Source: an uncultured delta proteobacterium (GTDB taxonomy: Bacteria; Desulfobacterota; Syntrophia; Syntrophales; Smithellaceae). Taken from it: a stretch of 64,000 nt of DNA. The notes under the pieces were generated by a model that saw only the letters and a program-made list of their open reading frames with translations, was not told the DNA's origin and did no database searches. This document shows, in pieces, positions 19,946-28,339 of this stretch. Within the stretch, counting starts at the first letter, position 1, and each line of letters starts with the position of its first letter. Position numbers and translations under genes: made by a program. The DNA lies in NCBI GenBank assembly GCA_903907985.1, contig CAIVQG010000051.1, positions 11,271-75,270 on the forward strand. The letters run 5' to 3'.

Positions 19946-20568
19946 TTTTTCGACAAATCCAATGAGGTCTGGTTTCTATCAACGTTTTTCAGATGAAATG
20001 ACCTGCGATGTATTTTGCACATGCCGAATTCCAGAAGAGCAGCACGATGTTCTTTTGTTCCATAACCTTTGTTCTGGAGAAAATTATATTGGGGAAACTG
20101 GCGATGATACATTTCCATAATGCGATCCCGGGAAACTTTTGCAATTATTGACGCTGCAGCAATGGAAACACTTAAAGCATCACCCTTTACCAGCGCATTT
20201 TGCGGAGTTAGCATGGGTATTTTATGTAACCCGTCAACTAAGAGAAAATCGGGGGGGATGGACAACTCTAAAACTGCCTCGCGCATAGACTGAAGGGAAG
20301 CTTGCAGGATATTGATGCGATCAATTATATCAGCGTCAGCGGTACCAACACCGACAGAAATGGCATCTTTATTGATGACTTCGTAGAGCTCTTCTCTCCT
20401 GCGGGCGGAAAGCTTTTTGGAATCGTTGATCTGTTTATTTTTATAATCAGGAGGGAAAACTACGGCCGCAGCGACAACAGGACCGGCCAGCGGCCCTCTT
20501 CCTGCTTCATCAATACCCGCTATGAACTTGTAACCTTTTTGGTAGGCAAGTTTCTCAAATGTGTCCAT
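19942..20568 (-). CDS. rnhB: ribonuclease HII
   Basis: 208-aa ORF with the active-site motif GIDEAGRGPLAGPVV and the region DSKKL...AASIIAK. Confidence 0.95.
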   Translation of the reverse strand: MDTFEKLAYQKGYKFIAGIDEAGRGPLAGPVVAAAVVFPPDYKNKQINDSKKLSARRREELYEVINKDAISVGVGTADADIIDRINILQASLQSMREAVLELSIPPDFLLVDGLHKIPMLTPQNALVKGDALSVSIAAASIIAKVSRDRIMEMYHRQFPQYNFLQNKGYGTKEHRAALLEFGMCKIHRRSFHLKNVDRNQTSLDLSKK

Positions 20569-20794
20569 TGCAGACTGAGGAAAGCAACATATTCTTCACT
20601 TTCCGGCCCTTTCCGGCAAAATATCAGACTGATCCTCTTTTGTAGGATAACTTTACCGGCAACAAAGCCCGGTTCCTGCCGGGAAGTCTGCGACAGCCCA
20701 ACGTATTAGCATAATACGCCTCAGGTGCATCCTCCCTGCCGCCTCGTTATCCTTCGAAAAGAGAAATCGCGTCTATAACAAATTGCCTTCATTG

Positions 20795-20828
20795 AAAAAG
20801 CCATCGCTGGTCGAGGCGATGGCTTTTC
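20795..20828. terminator. bidirectional rho-independent terminator
   Basis: Sequence AAAAAGCCATCGC-TGGTCGAG-GCGATGGCTTTT, with runs on both sides. It lies downstream of rplS and repeat copy B. Confidence 0.7.
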
Positions 20829-20897
20829 GACACACTAAAAACATCTTAAGCAGCTTTCTTCCTTACCACTCCGGTGTCCTGATGAACACAAATTGTT

Positions 20898-21019
20898 AGG
20901 GGCCGTTACGTAATAACCATTACATTTCTAACCACCCCTGCGGGTGGCAAGTCCATTTCGTTACGGCCTCTTATGCCGTTTACGATATTACATTGTTACG
21001 GTTATTGTTGAACAACGGC
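20898..21019 (+). repeat. MITE/REP-like repeat, full copy B
   Basis: Sequence AGGGGCCGTTACGTAATAACCA...AACCACCCCTGCGGGTGGCAAGTC...GTTACGGCCTCTTATGCCGTTTACGATATTACATTGTTACGGTTATTGTTGAACAACGGCC. It ends 3 nt from the rplS stop codon. Confidence 0.8.
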
Positions 21020-21022
21020 CTC

Positions 21023-21370
21023 TTAATTATTTGTCTGTTCCTTGATCCTTGCTTTCTTACCTCTCAAATTTCTTAAATAGTAAAGGCGGGAACGACGTAC
21101 TTTTCCTCGGGTAACAACTTCAATCCGGTCGATAACCGGTGAATGTAGAGGAAAAGTTCTTTCGACACCAATACCATAAGAAACTTTTCTGACTGTAAAA
21201 TTGGCGCGACTATTACCACGTCGCTTACGGATTACAACACCTTCAAAAGCCTGAATTCTCTGCTTCTGGCCTTCGATGATACGCACATATACTTTAATTG
21301 TGTCACCGGCTTTAAAACCGGGAAGATCCCCTCTCATGTGCTCTTTTTCAATCATTTCCAAGACGTTCAT
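21023..21370 (-). CDS. rplS: 50S ribosomal protein L19
   Basis: 115-aa ORF with the typical L19 sequence ([16 protein letters not shown]...[10 protein letters not shown]). Confidence 0.95.
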   Translation of the reverse strand: MNVLEMIEKEHMRGDLPGFKAGDTIKVYVRIIEGQKQRIQAFEGVVIRKRRGNSRANFTVRKVSYGIGVERTFPLHSPVIDRIEVVTRGKVRRSRLYYLRNLRGKKARIKEQTNN

Positions 21371-21411
21371 TCTATATTTCCTCCCGTCAAACTCGCATTA
21401 CTTATTAAATT

Positions 21412-21981
21412 CTAGTCCCTCATTATCCTGTCTATAATAATTGCTGCCGCTGACCTTACTGCCAGATGATTATAATCCCCAATTCCCTTTATCGATTCCA
21501 AACGGTAATCTGCTCTATTGACTATTTCCTCAGCTATTCCCGAACCTGTACCAAAAATTAATAGATAAGGCAAATTATCATTTCTAATCTTTTTTTTCAG
21601 ATCGGCGCAGGTTAAAATATTGTCCTTGAAGTTAGCTCCTGTAACAATTATTTGCGGCAGAAAGCCGGTTTGTTCTGTAATTTCGGCCTGAACTTCGTCC
21701 AGACTTGCTTTAACCATGACCAGTTCAAAAGCCTTTCGGCGCGATGGATTGAATCCTGCCCCATATCCCTGATGCCAGTGATTAATAATTGCACAAGCCA
21801 TGTCCCTTTGGGCAGAAAGAGGATTAACTACAAAATAATTCTGCACACCGTATGTTCTGGATAATCGGGCGATATCGTGAATGTCCATGTTCGCAATGGA
21901 TGTGGTCACAACTTTACCATCTTTATTTAAAACCGGATAATGTAAAAGAGCTATGTAAAGCATTCTACCCTTGCCAGACAT
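21412..21981 (-). CDS. SPOUT-like RNA methyltransferase-related protein (Methyltrn_RNA_4-like)
   Basis: 189-aa ORF between trmD and rplS. The pattern LLHYPVLNKDGKVVTTSIANMDIHDIAR...LLIFGTGSG resembles the family found at this position in other anaerobes. The assignment is from memory. Confidence 0.55.
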   Translation of the reverse strand: MSGKGRMLYIALLHYPVLNKDGKVVTTSIANMDIHDIARLSRTYGVQNYFVVNPLSAQRDMACAIINHWHQGYGAGFNPSRRKAFELVMVKASLDEVQAEITEQTGFLPQIIVTGANFKDNILTCADLKKKIRNDNLPYLLIFGTGSGIAEEIVNRADYRLESIKGIGDYNHLAVRSAAAIIIDRIMRD

Positions 21982-22054
21982 TTTTTAATAAACGAATGTT
22001 CGCTTATTGAAAAAGTTGTTCCTCTTACCCTAATCGTTTCTTAAAATCAAGACT

Positions 22055-22792
22055 TTATGTGTCTTCTAATTTAATTTGTTCCAGCCTTTTTTTATCTTCC
22101 GCCGATAATTCTATTTTATTCAGTAAATCCGGGCGGCGTTTATATGTTCTGCGCAGTGATTCGCGTTTGCGCCACAATTCTATTTGGGCATGATTTCCCG
22201 AAACCAGAACTTCCGGCACACACCAGCCTTTATAGTCCGCCGGCCGAGTATATTGCGGATATTCCAGAAGTCCATTGGAAAATGATTCGCTGCATGATGA
22301 CTGGGCATTGCCTAATACACCGGGAATAAGACGGGAAACCGCATCTATCAGAACTAAGGCGGAAAGTTCGCCGCCGGTTAAAATAAAATCACCGATAGAT
22401 ATTTCCCGGTCTACTAAATGCGTTCTTATCCTCTCGTCAACACCTTCATAGCGGCCACAAATAATTATGATATGCTTTGCGGAAGCCAAATCTTCAGCAA
22501 TTTTTTGATTAAATGTTTCCCCCTGCGGGGTCATTAAAATAATCTGAGAATCTAAATCCCCGCCTTTAATCTCGGCTACCGCCTTTTCCACAGGCTCCAC
22601 TTTCATAACCATGCCGCAACCGCCGCCATAAGGGGCATCGTCAGTCATTTTATGTTTGTCGGAAGTCCAGTGACGGATATCGTGCAGACAAACATCTATC
22701 AGACTTTTTTCCTGAGCTTTTTTTAGCAGACTAAAATTGAGGGGAGATAAAAACATCTCCGGGAAAATGGAAAGGACATCAAACTTGATCAC
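22055..22792 (-). CDS. trmD: tRNA (guanine37-N1)-methyltransferase
   Basis: 245-aa ORF with the TrmD motifs YGGGCGMVM and [22 protein letters not shown]. Confidence 0.95.
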   Translation of the reverse strand: MIKFDVLSIFPEMFLSPLNFSLLKKAQEKSLIDVCLHDIRHWTSDKHKMTDDAPYGGGCGMVMKVEPVEKAVAEIKGGDLDSQIILMTPQGETFNQKIAEDLASAKHIIIICGRYEGVDERIRTHLVDREISIGDFILTGGELSALVLIDAVSRLIPGVLGNAQSSCSESFSNGLLEYPQYTRPADYKGWCVPEVLVSGNHAQIELWRKRESLRRTYKRRPDLLNKIELSAEDKKRLEQIKLEDT

Positions 22793-22794
22793 TA

Positions 22795-23292
22795 TTATAG
22801 CCCTTCCAGCAATCTGACAGTCATAATCTTTTTATCGATATCTATGTGCAAGATTACATCGGCAATTGCCGGCAGAAGTATTTCTCTTTCACCTTTACAG
22901 ACATAAACATCATTGCCGCCTGTAGGAAAAATTGACTCAATCCGGCCTAAATACTTCCCCTTTTCATCATAGACATCAAGCCCGATAATATCACGCCAGT
23001 AATACTCTCCCTGGGGCAGATCTTCCAGCATTTCGCCGGGTATCAATACCTTAAACCCGACCAGCGCTTTGGCCGAATCTACATCATTGATATCTTTCAG
23101 TTCGAGAAAGAGAAATTTGCCGGATGCTGCAAATGCCAGGATATCATAACTTTTTCTTTGTCCCCGGTCATCGTCCAGATAAACAAATTTCAGACCGGCA
23201 ACGATATTTTGTGTCTCCACTTGCGTCAAAACTTTCAAACAACCACGGAGACCACGAGTTTTTACGATCTCGCCAACAACAAAGAGATCCAT
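22795..23292 (-). CDS. rimM: 16S rRNA processing protein RimM
   Basis: 165-aa ORF with the N-terminus [16 protein letters not shown] and a PRC-barrel C-terminus. It sits in the rpsP operon. Confidence 0.9.
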   Translation of the reverse strand: MDLFVVGEIVKTRGLRGCLKVLTQVETQNIVAGLKFVYLDDDRGQRKSYDILAFAASGKFLFLELKDINDVDSAKALVGFKVLIPGEMLEDLPQGEYYWRDIIGLDVYDEKGKYLGRIESIFPTGGNDVYVCKGEREILLPAIADVILHIDIDKKIMTVRLLEGL

Positions 23293-23295
23293 TTT

Positions 23296-23526
23296 TTATT
23301 CTATTATTTCCAGAACCGCTCGCTTGTGGATCTTAGTTGAAGCGGCACTCAGTATCGTGCGAATTGCTTTGGCAGTTCGGCCCTGTTTTCCAATGACTTT
23401 TCCCAAATCTTCTTTTGCTACGCGTAATTCAATCACAGATGTCTGTTCACCCATGACTTCCGTAACTTCAACTTTATCCGGATTATCCACTAAGGCCTGA
23501 GCTATAAACTTGATCAACTCCTTCAT
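23296..23526 (-). CDS. KH-domain RNA-binding protein (YlqC/UPF0109-like)
   Basis: It has the GxxG loop [16 protein letters not shown] prefer the ATG at 23526 (GGAGG 8 nt upstream) over the GTG at 23541 used in the track. Confidence 0.8.
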   Translation of the reverse strand: MKELIKFIAQALVDNPDKVEVTEVMGEQTSVIELRVAKEDLGKVIGKQGRTAKAIRTILSAASTKIHKRAVLEIIE

Positions 23527-23576
23527 CGCAACAACCTCCACAGAATTTGATTAGTTCTTTGGGGAAAATCAATATT

Positions 23577-23831
23577 CTACTTCACTTTAGCCTCAATACC
23601 TTTTGCTTTCAATAAGTTAGAAACAGTCAATGTCGGTTTGGCTCCTTTGGCCAACCAATCACGAACACGGTCTTCCTTCACATTAACTTCTGCCGGATTC
23701 TTTTTGGGATCGTAGTTGCCTAAAATCTCCAGAAACTTTCCATCACGAGGAAAATCGATATCCGCTGCCACAATACGATAATAGGGCTTGCCTTTAGCAC
23801 CCATACGAGTAAGTCTAATTTTAACCGCCAT
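23577..23831 (-). CDS. rpsP: 30S ribosomal protein S16
   Basis: 84-aa ORF with MAVKIRLTRMGAKGKPYYRIVAAD, typical of S16. Confidence 0.95.
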   Translation of the reverse strand: MAVKIRLTRMGAKGKPYYRIVAADIDFPRDGKFLEILGNYDPKKNPAEVNVKEDRVRDWLAKGAKPTLTVSNLLKAKGIEAKVK

Positions 23832-23897
23832 TGATATTAAATAAAACCTCCTTAAAATAGTTTAACCTGATTTTTTTTTATCACAGTTTATTTTAAT

Positions 23898-25226
23898 TTA
23901 AAAGGGAAAATTCCTCTTAAAGGATTTCATACCGTCTTTTGAACTAAATTTTTTCATCATTTTCTTGATATCAGCATATTGCTTCAGCAATCTGTTCACA
24001 TCCTGAACAGACGTGCCACTGCCTAAGGCAATTCTTTTGCGGCGCCGGCCATCAATAATCAGGTAATTATAACGTTCCTTCGGCGTCATGGAATCAATAA
24101 TAGCTGTAATTCTGACTAATTCCTTTTCATCAGGCTGCGCATCTTTAAGTGCCTTTATCTTGCCCAAACCCGGAATCATCCCCATTACATCTTTGAGCGA
24201 GCCCATTTTTTTTATCTGAGTTAATTGATTGCGAAAATCTTCCAGTGAAAATTCGTTTTTTCTAATTTTCTTTTCTAACTGCAGGGCAGTTTTTTCATCA
24301 ATTGTTGCCTGAGCTTTTTCTACCAAACTTAGAATATCGCCCATGCCTAATATCCGAGACGCCATTCTTTCCGGATGAAAGACTTCCAGCGCATCAATCT
24401 TTTCGCCAATACCCACAAATTTTATCGGCTTACCGACAACGGCCTGCAGAGATAGAGCTGCACCACCACGGGCATCACCATCCATTTTGGTTATAATAAC
24501 ACCGTCAATACCAATAAGTTCGTTAAATTTACTGCCGACATTAACGGCATCCTGGCCGGACATGGCATCGGTAACATAAATTATTTCCGCGGGATTAACC
24601 CTGGCTTTAATTTTTTTGAGCTCATCCATGAGCAAATCATCGATATGCAAACGGCCGGCGGTGTCGATGATAACAACCTCATAACCATCCCTTTTGGCTT
24701 GCTCAACGGCCCCGGCACATATTTCCACAGGATCTTTTAAATTACCGGCATTAAAAACACCGGCATTTATCTGCTTGCCCAAAACCGCAAGCTGCTCCAT
24801 AGCTGCCGGCCGGTAAATATCGGCCGAAACTAAGTAGACTCTCTTTTCTTTTGATAACAACCGGGCCAGTTTCGCAGCGGTTGTTGTTTTACCACAGCCC
24901 TGCAAACCAACCAGCATCAATACAGCTGGTATACGGGCACCAAACTTGATATTGGTATTGGCCCCGCCCATGAGTGTGGCCAGCTGGTCATGAACAATCT
25001 TTACTACCTGCTGCCCGGGGGTAATACTGTCTAAAACTTCTTTGCCAATTGCTTTTGCACGCACATCTTCAATAAAATCCCGGACAACCTTGAAGTTAAC
25101 ATCAGCCTCGAGCATGGCAATGCGGATTTCCTTAAGGGCGACATTCACGCTTTCTTCATTTAAAACGCCGCGCCCTTTTAACTTCTTAAAAATACTCTCT
25201 AATTTTTCCGATAAATTCTCAAACAT
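23898..25226 (-). CDS. ffh: signal recognition particle protein Ffh
   Basis: 442-aa ORF. The NG domain carries GLQGCGKTTTAAKLA and DTAGRL. The M domain is Met-rich. Confidence 0.95.
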   Translation of the reverse strand: MFENLSEKLESIFKKLKGRGVLNEESVNVALKEIRIAMLEADVNFKVVRDFIEDVRAKAIGKEVLDSITPGQQVVKIVHDQLATLMGGANTNIKFGARIPAVLMLVGLQGCGKTTTAAKLARLLSKEKRVYLVSADIYRPAAMEQLAVLGKQINAGVFNAGNLKDPVEICAGAVEQAKRDGYEVVIIDTAGRLHIDDLLMDELKKIKARVNPAEIIYVTDAMSGQDAVNVGSKFNELIGIDGVIITKMDGDARGGAALSLQAVVGKPIKFVGIGEKIDALEVFHPERMASRILGMGDILSLVEKAQATIDEKTALQLEKKIRKNEFSLEDFRNQLTQIKKMGSLKDVMGMIPGLGKIKALKDAQPDEKELVRITAIIDSMTPKERYNYLIIDGRRRKRIALGSGTSVQDVNRLLKQYADIKKMMKKFSSKDGMKSFKRNFPF

Positions 25227-25254
25227 ATTAAACTATATACCTGATTTTATTATT

Positions 25255-26028
25255 TCAGTTGCTGTTAACTGCAGTATTCATGCGCCTTATAACACAATGG
25301 GCTCCGGTTTTACCGGATATTTTTTCCGCCGCTGTCTGGGCATTAGCACGGCTTGCAAAACCATCAATAACAACTCTAAACCATTTTCCCTTCCCCGGAA
25401 CATTGTTTTCTACAACTCGCGGCGCATAGCCTAAAGTTGATAATATTTTATTCAGCTGATTAGCTTTAGTTTTTTCCTTCAGAGAAGCAACCTGAACAAC
25501 AAACTTCTCCCCTTTGGCGGTCGCTTCCGGCTCCGCCTCTTTTATTTTAGCCTCAATTTCATCTAATGCTGTACCACTCGTTGCGGCCGGCTGTTTTTTT
25601 ACTGCAGGATTAGGAGTGATCGAGGCAGCAGGAACATCATTTGTGGGCTGTGGTAAAAGTGGTTGTATCGCCGGTACCTCAATAGCAGGTTTCTTATCGG
25701 GAATGGTCTGCTCTTTGGCCATTCCCTTTTTGCTGGTTAATGTGTTGAAAAAAGTCAGGTCCGGTTCTTCCTGAACTTTCATTTGATTTTGCGCCGCTTT
25801 ATTTTCAGCCGCCGTTTGGACAGCTCTTGTTTTAGCCGGACGCCAGACAAGCGCTAATAATTTCTGAGGCACTGAAGCTATCTGTCCCGGATAAGTATCA
25901 ATGTTTTTCCCAACGGCAACGCCAAAGAGAAAAGTACCACACAATAGAGCGGCCATTCCGACTATTAAGATAACCAGCGCCGTTCTCCCCAGCTTTAGTT
26001 CAAAATTTTTAATATTACCGGAAGCCAT
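25255..26028 (-). CDS. SPOR-domain membrane protein
   Basis: 257-aa ORF with one N-terminal TM helix and a Pro/Ala/Gln-rich linker. The C-terminal ~75 aa are SPOR-like (FVVQVASLKEKTKANQL...WFRVVIDGFASRANAQ). Confidence 0.65.
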   Translation of the reverse strand: MASGNIKNFELKLGRTALVILIVGMAALLCGTFLFGVAVGKNIDTYPGQIASVPQKLLALVWRPAKTRAVQTAAENKAAQNQMKVQEEPDLTFFNTLTSKKGMAKEQTIPDKKPAIEVPAIQPLLPQPTNDVPAASITPNPAVKKQPAATSGTALDEIEAKIKEAEPEATAKGEKFVVQVASLKEKTKANQLNKILSTLGYAPRVVENNVPGKGKWFRVVIDGFASRANAQTAAEKISGKTGAHCVIRRMNTAVNSN

Positions 26029-26196
26029 AATCGTTTACCTTTTCTTACGACTTTCCCTAAATAGACATTGATGCTTATCTTTGCGGGAAAAACGAAGCAA
26101 TATCATCTCAATTAACGGAATTGCCACACACCATGCTGGTATTAGCACCGAAGGGCTAATTCAGTTTTACCGAAGTTAATGTCTGTTTTACAAACT

Positions 26197-27861
26197 TTAC
26201 ATCTTTTCCGGTGAACCTACACCCAAAATTTTCAGCGCATTTTGCAGAACGATACGAATAGTGCTCATCATAAATAAGCGGGCAGCAGTTAATTCCTTGT
26301 TATCAGAAATAACCTTGTTCTTGTTGTAATAGCTATGAAATACTCCTGCCAGTTCATTTAAGTAAAACGGAATGCGATGCGGTTCGAGAGTTCTGGCCGC
26401 GCCATAAATGGTTTCCGGATAACGCGCCATTATTTTCATTAATTTAATTTCATCCGTTTCCTGAAGAAGATAGGGATCAATATCCTTATAAGTAGGAAGG
26501 GCAATATCGCGCTCCTCGGCCATTTTTAAAATGCTGCAAATGCGCGCATAGGCATATTGCACGTAAAAAACCGGATTTTCATTAGACTGCTTTTTCGCAA
26601 CTTCCAGATCGAAATCCAAATGGCTGTCGGACCGCCGCATCAGGAAGTTATAGCGGGCGGCATCTTTACCCACTTCATCAAGAACTTCCCGCAGGGTGAC
26701 AAATTCTCCCGACCGGGTGGACATGGCCACCGGCTCTCCAGCCCGCAGCAAATTCACCAATTGCACGAGAATTATTTTTAAGGATTCCTTCTCCTGCCCC
26801 AGGGCCTGAATTCCGGCCCAAAGCCTGGGCATATAGCCGTGATGATCCGCACCCCAGATATCGATAATCATTTTATAGCCCCGGGAATATTTGTTGAGAT
26901 GATAAGCTATATCGGCGGCAAAATATGTCGGTTCACCGTTCTTCCGGACGACGACGCGGTCTTTTTCATCACCGAAGGCAGTTGTCTTAAACCAAAGCGT
27001 TTCACCATCGGAATAAATGAATTCCTGCTTTTGCAGGCTATCGAGGAGTTTCGCCACGCCGTCATTTTTATATAATTCCTTTTCGCTAAAATAATAATCA
27101 AACATAACGCCGAAATCTCGCAAATCGTCTTTTATTTCTGCCAGGATTACTTCACCGGCAATTGCCGTAAAATTCCGGATCGTCTCTTCTTCATTTTGCG
27201 CGAGATATTTGCTGCCTGCTTTTTCTATAATATCCTGCGCAACGTGCTTGATATAATCGCCCTGATAGCAATTCTCGGGAAATTCGATCTTTTCACCCAG
27301 CAGTTCCCGGTAACGGAAAAGCACCGACTTACCTAAATTGTTCATCTGATTGCCCGCATCGTTGATGTAGTATTCCCTGTCAACGGAGTATCCGGCGGTT
27401 TTAAGCAGATTAGCAATAACATCGCCGACTACCGCGCCGCGGGCATGGCCGATATGCAATGGCCCCGTGGGATTGGCGCTGACAAATTCCACCTGCACTT
27501 TTTGTGCACCGCCAATATCCAGGCACCCATATTCTTCTTTTTGTTCCTCGATAACGCACAGAGTATTTTGCCAGACACTTTCCTTGAGATAAAAATTAAG
27601 AAAACCCGGCCCGGCTATTTGTGTCTTTGCTATAATATTTTCCGGATCGACTAAATTGGCCTGAATAATTTCAGCAATTTTGCGCGGATTTTGTTTGACC
27701 TGAGAAGCTAAAACCATGGCTACATTGGATGCATAATCACCATGCTCGGGATTACCGGGAACTTCCACTTCCATATACGGCAAATTCGCAGCGGAGATTA
27801 ATCCCCCGGCCACGCAATTTCGGAAAGTATCTTCAACCAGTTTGGCAATTTTAATTTTCAT
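26197..27861 (-). CDS. argS: arginine--tRNA ligase
   Basis: 554-aa ORF with class I motifs [12 protein letters not shown] and an MSTR(SG) KMSKS-variant. The C-terminus is a DALR anticodon-binding domain. Confidence 0.95.
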   Translation of the reverse strand: MKIKIAKLVEDTFRNCVAGGLISAANLPYMEVEVPGNPEHGDYASNVAMVLASQVKQNPRKIAEIIQANLVDPENIIAKTQIAGPGFLNFYLKESVWQNTLCVIEEQKEEYGCLDIGGAQKVQVEFVSANPTGPLHIGHARGAVVGDVIANLLKTAGYSVDREYYINDAGNQMNNLGKSVLFRYRELLGEKIEFPENCYQGDYIKHVAQDIIEKAGSKYLAQNEEETIRNFTAIAGEVILAEIKDDLRDFGVMFDYYFSEKELYKNDGVAKLLDSLQKQEFIYSDGETLWFKTTAFGDEKDRVVVRKNGEPTYFAADIAYHLNKYSRGYKMIIDIWGADHHGYMPRLWAGIQALGQEKESLKIILVQLVNLLRAGEPVAMSTRSGEFVTLREVLDEVGKDAARYNFLMRRSDSHLDFDLEVAKKQSNENPVFYVQYAYARICSILKMAEERDIALPTYKDIDPYLLQETDEIKLMKIMARYPETIYGAARTLEPHRIPFYLNELAGVFHSYYNKNKVISDNKELTAARLFMMSTIRIVLQNALKILGVGSPEKM

Positions 27862-28013
27862 GTATGCTTTTCAACCTCTTCTGCGACAGCAGACACTGGA
27901 CAATATTTCAACTGCTGATAACAATAACTAAAAGACGACAGTCTTTCTAATGCCGCCATCTTTTGCGGTGCAACTATTTAACAGTAAACGGTCCGGATTT
28001 CTAGTCCTGAAAT

Positions 28014-28054
28014 CAAAAAAAAGTGACAAACCGCATTTTTTTGCTGTTTGTCAC
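28014..28054 (-). terminator. strong rho-independent terminator ending the pilY1/small-ORF transcript
   Basis: The minus strand reads GTGACAAAC-AGCAAAAAAATGCG-GTTTGTCAC followed by TTTTTTTT. Confidence 0.8.
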
Positions 28055-28083
28055 CGTGGGTTTTACCTGGGAACAATTTTTTT

Positions 28084-28257
28084 CTATGAGCTTTGATCTT
28101 TCTTTACTGCCTCTTCAATATCTTGATCTTTAATGGACAAATCACGCGAATAATCGGGACAATGAACATTCCCGGAAGCATCAGTACCAACACTGAAACG
28201 TTTCTGGCAGTTCGCCCGCCAAGCACAAATCACACAATATTTTTTTTCCATGCCCAT
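28084..28257 (-). CDS. small 4-Cys (zinc-ribbon-like) protein, unknown function
   Basis: The ORF encodes MGMEKKYCVICAWRANCQKRF...VHCPDYS with an acidic tail. It has no TM helix or signal peptide. The start is uncertain (28290, 28257 or 28251). I prefer 28257 because GAGGA lies 7 nt upstream. Confidence 0.4.
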   Translation of the reverse strand: MGMEKKYCVICAWRANCQKRFSVGTDASGNVHCPDYSRDLSIKDQDIEEAVKKDQSS

Positions 28258-28339
28258 AAACAAATCCTCTAATTTATTTGCGAGAATCAATATAAATATA
28301 TTAGCCTTATGTCAAGAATTTTCTCACGCAGCGCCTTAT

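Noticed and set aside
20575-20592. GAGGAAAGC string reminiscent of the RNase P RNA P4 5' motif (GAGGAAAGUCCGGGC).
   Set aside because: The match stops after 9 nt. No ACAGAA...GGCUUA 3' partner or P4 pairing is found nearby.
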